DNA of 12,008 nucleotides, taken from positions 1 through 12,008 of the IMG/VR virus record IMGVR_UViG_3300035701_000015, one strand, 5' to 3'. Shown in pieces: positions 11,710-12,008 of the stretch. Numbering within the stretch: position 1 is the stretch's first letter; each line of letters starts with the position of its first letter. This stretch comes from a virus (Duplodnaviria > Heunggongvirae > Uroviricota > Caudoviricetes). The notes beneath the pieces were generated by a model. That model saw only the letters and a program-made list of their open reading frames with translations, was not told the DNA's origin and did no database searches. The translations under genes and the position numbers were made by a program.

Positions 11710-11903
11710 AACTCTGAGCCATCGCTGTAGTAGCAATACTACAGAGGAAACTCCAGACATCACTGCTTAATGTGGGAGGCTAACGCCGCTATCACCACAG
11801 AGGATGCAACACAAACAGACTGAGAGGGTGAGCAGCTCTATGAAGTCGGGTAGTGGCATTAGATAGATGATGGCATAAAACAGAATCTGGGTTATTCAGA
11901 GTT
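11710..11903 (+). ncRNA. rnpB: Minimal RNase P RNA (about 194 nt)
   Basis: P1 11710-11717/11896-11903. P2 GCCATC/GATGGC. P3 8-bp hairpin with GCAA loop. CR-I GAGGAAACTCC and CR-V AACAGAATCTGGGTTA form P4 with a bulged U. CR-IV AGATAGATGA. CR-II/III-like ATGCAACACAAACAGAC and GGTGAGCAG. Confidence 0.9.
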
Positions 11904-11915
11904 TAGGTTGAGCTG

Positions 11916-12008
11916 ATGCAGGGAATCTATATTATCAAAAACAAAGTAAATAAAAAAGCCTACATCGGCTCTTCTATTACAATTGAAGATAGACTTGAAA
12001 GACATAAA
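11916..12008 (+). CDS. GIY-YIG endonuclease (N-terminal part, runs off the window)
   Basis: MQGIYIIKNKVNKKAYIGSS...RLERH contains the GIY, YIG and conserved Arg signature. Confidence 0.88.
   Translation, partial: MQGIYIIKNKVNKKAYIGSSITIEDRLERHK

Noticed and set aside
1-12008. Stop-codon reassignment
   Set aside because: purM, DHH and ThyA-like genes are uninterrupted in the standard code, TAA, TAG and TGA all end plausible genes, and no suppressor anticodon (CTA, TCA, TTA) is present among the ten tRNAs.
1-12008. CRISPR array, rRNA, group I/II intron, transposase or integrase
   Set aside because: No regularly spaced direct repeats, no rRNA-like tracts, no intron core or domain V motifs and no recombinase motifs were seen by eye.

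Overview
The window looks like part of a large (probably jumbo) bacteriophage genome; this is inferred from gene content and sigma70/Shine-Dalgarno signals. All supported genes lie on the + strand in the standard code. Ten tRNA genes, none encoding CCA (Thr-TGT, Leu-CAG, Asp-GTC, Pro-GGG, Thr-CGT, Thr-GGT, Gln-CTG, Gln-TTG, Ile-TAT, Asn-GTT), are interleaved with short ORFs. The ORFs include two HNH nucleases, a metallophosphoesterase, a YafQ-like toxin with a probable antitoxin, a very acidic small protein, purM, a DHH phosphoesterase, a ThyA-superfamily enzyme, membrane/secreted proteins and the start of a GIY-YIG endonuclease. The main findings are: (1) a very compact, about 194-nt RNase P RNA lacking P15-P19; (2) two cassettes of short ORF, antiterminator and terminator directly upstream of tRNA genes, one with a thrL-like Thr/Ile-rich leader peptide before tRNA-Thr, which suggests ribosome-coupled attenuation of phage tRNA genes; (3) atypical tRNAs (Thr with a long variable arm, Ile-UAU, Thr with C33); and (4) two unassigned structured RNAs. 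All structures were derived by eye and family calls come from motif recognition; no searches or folding programs were run.
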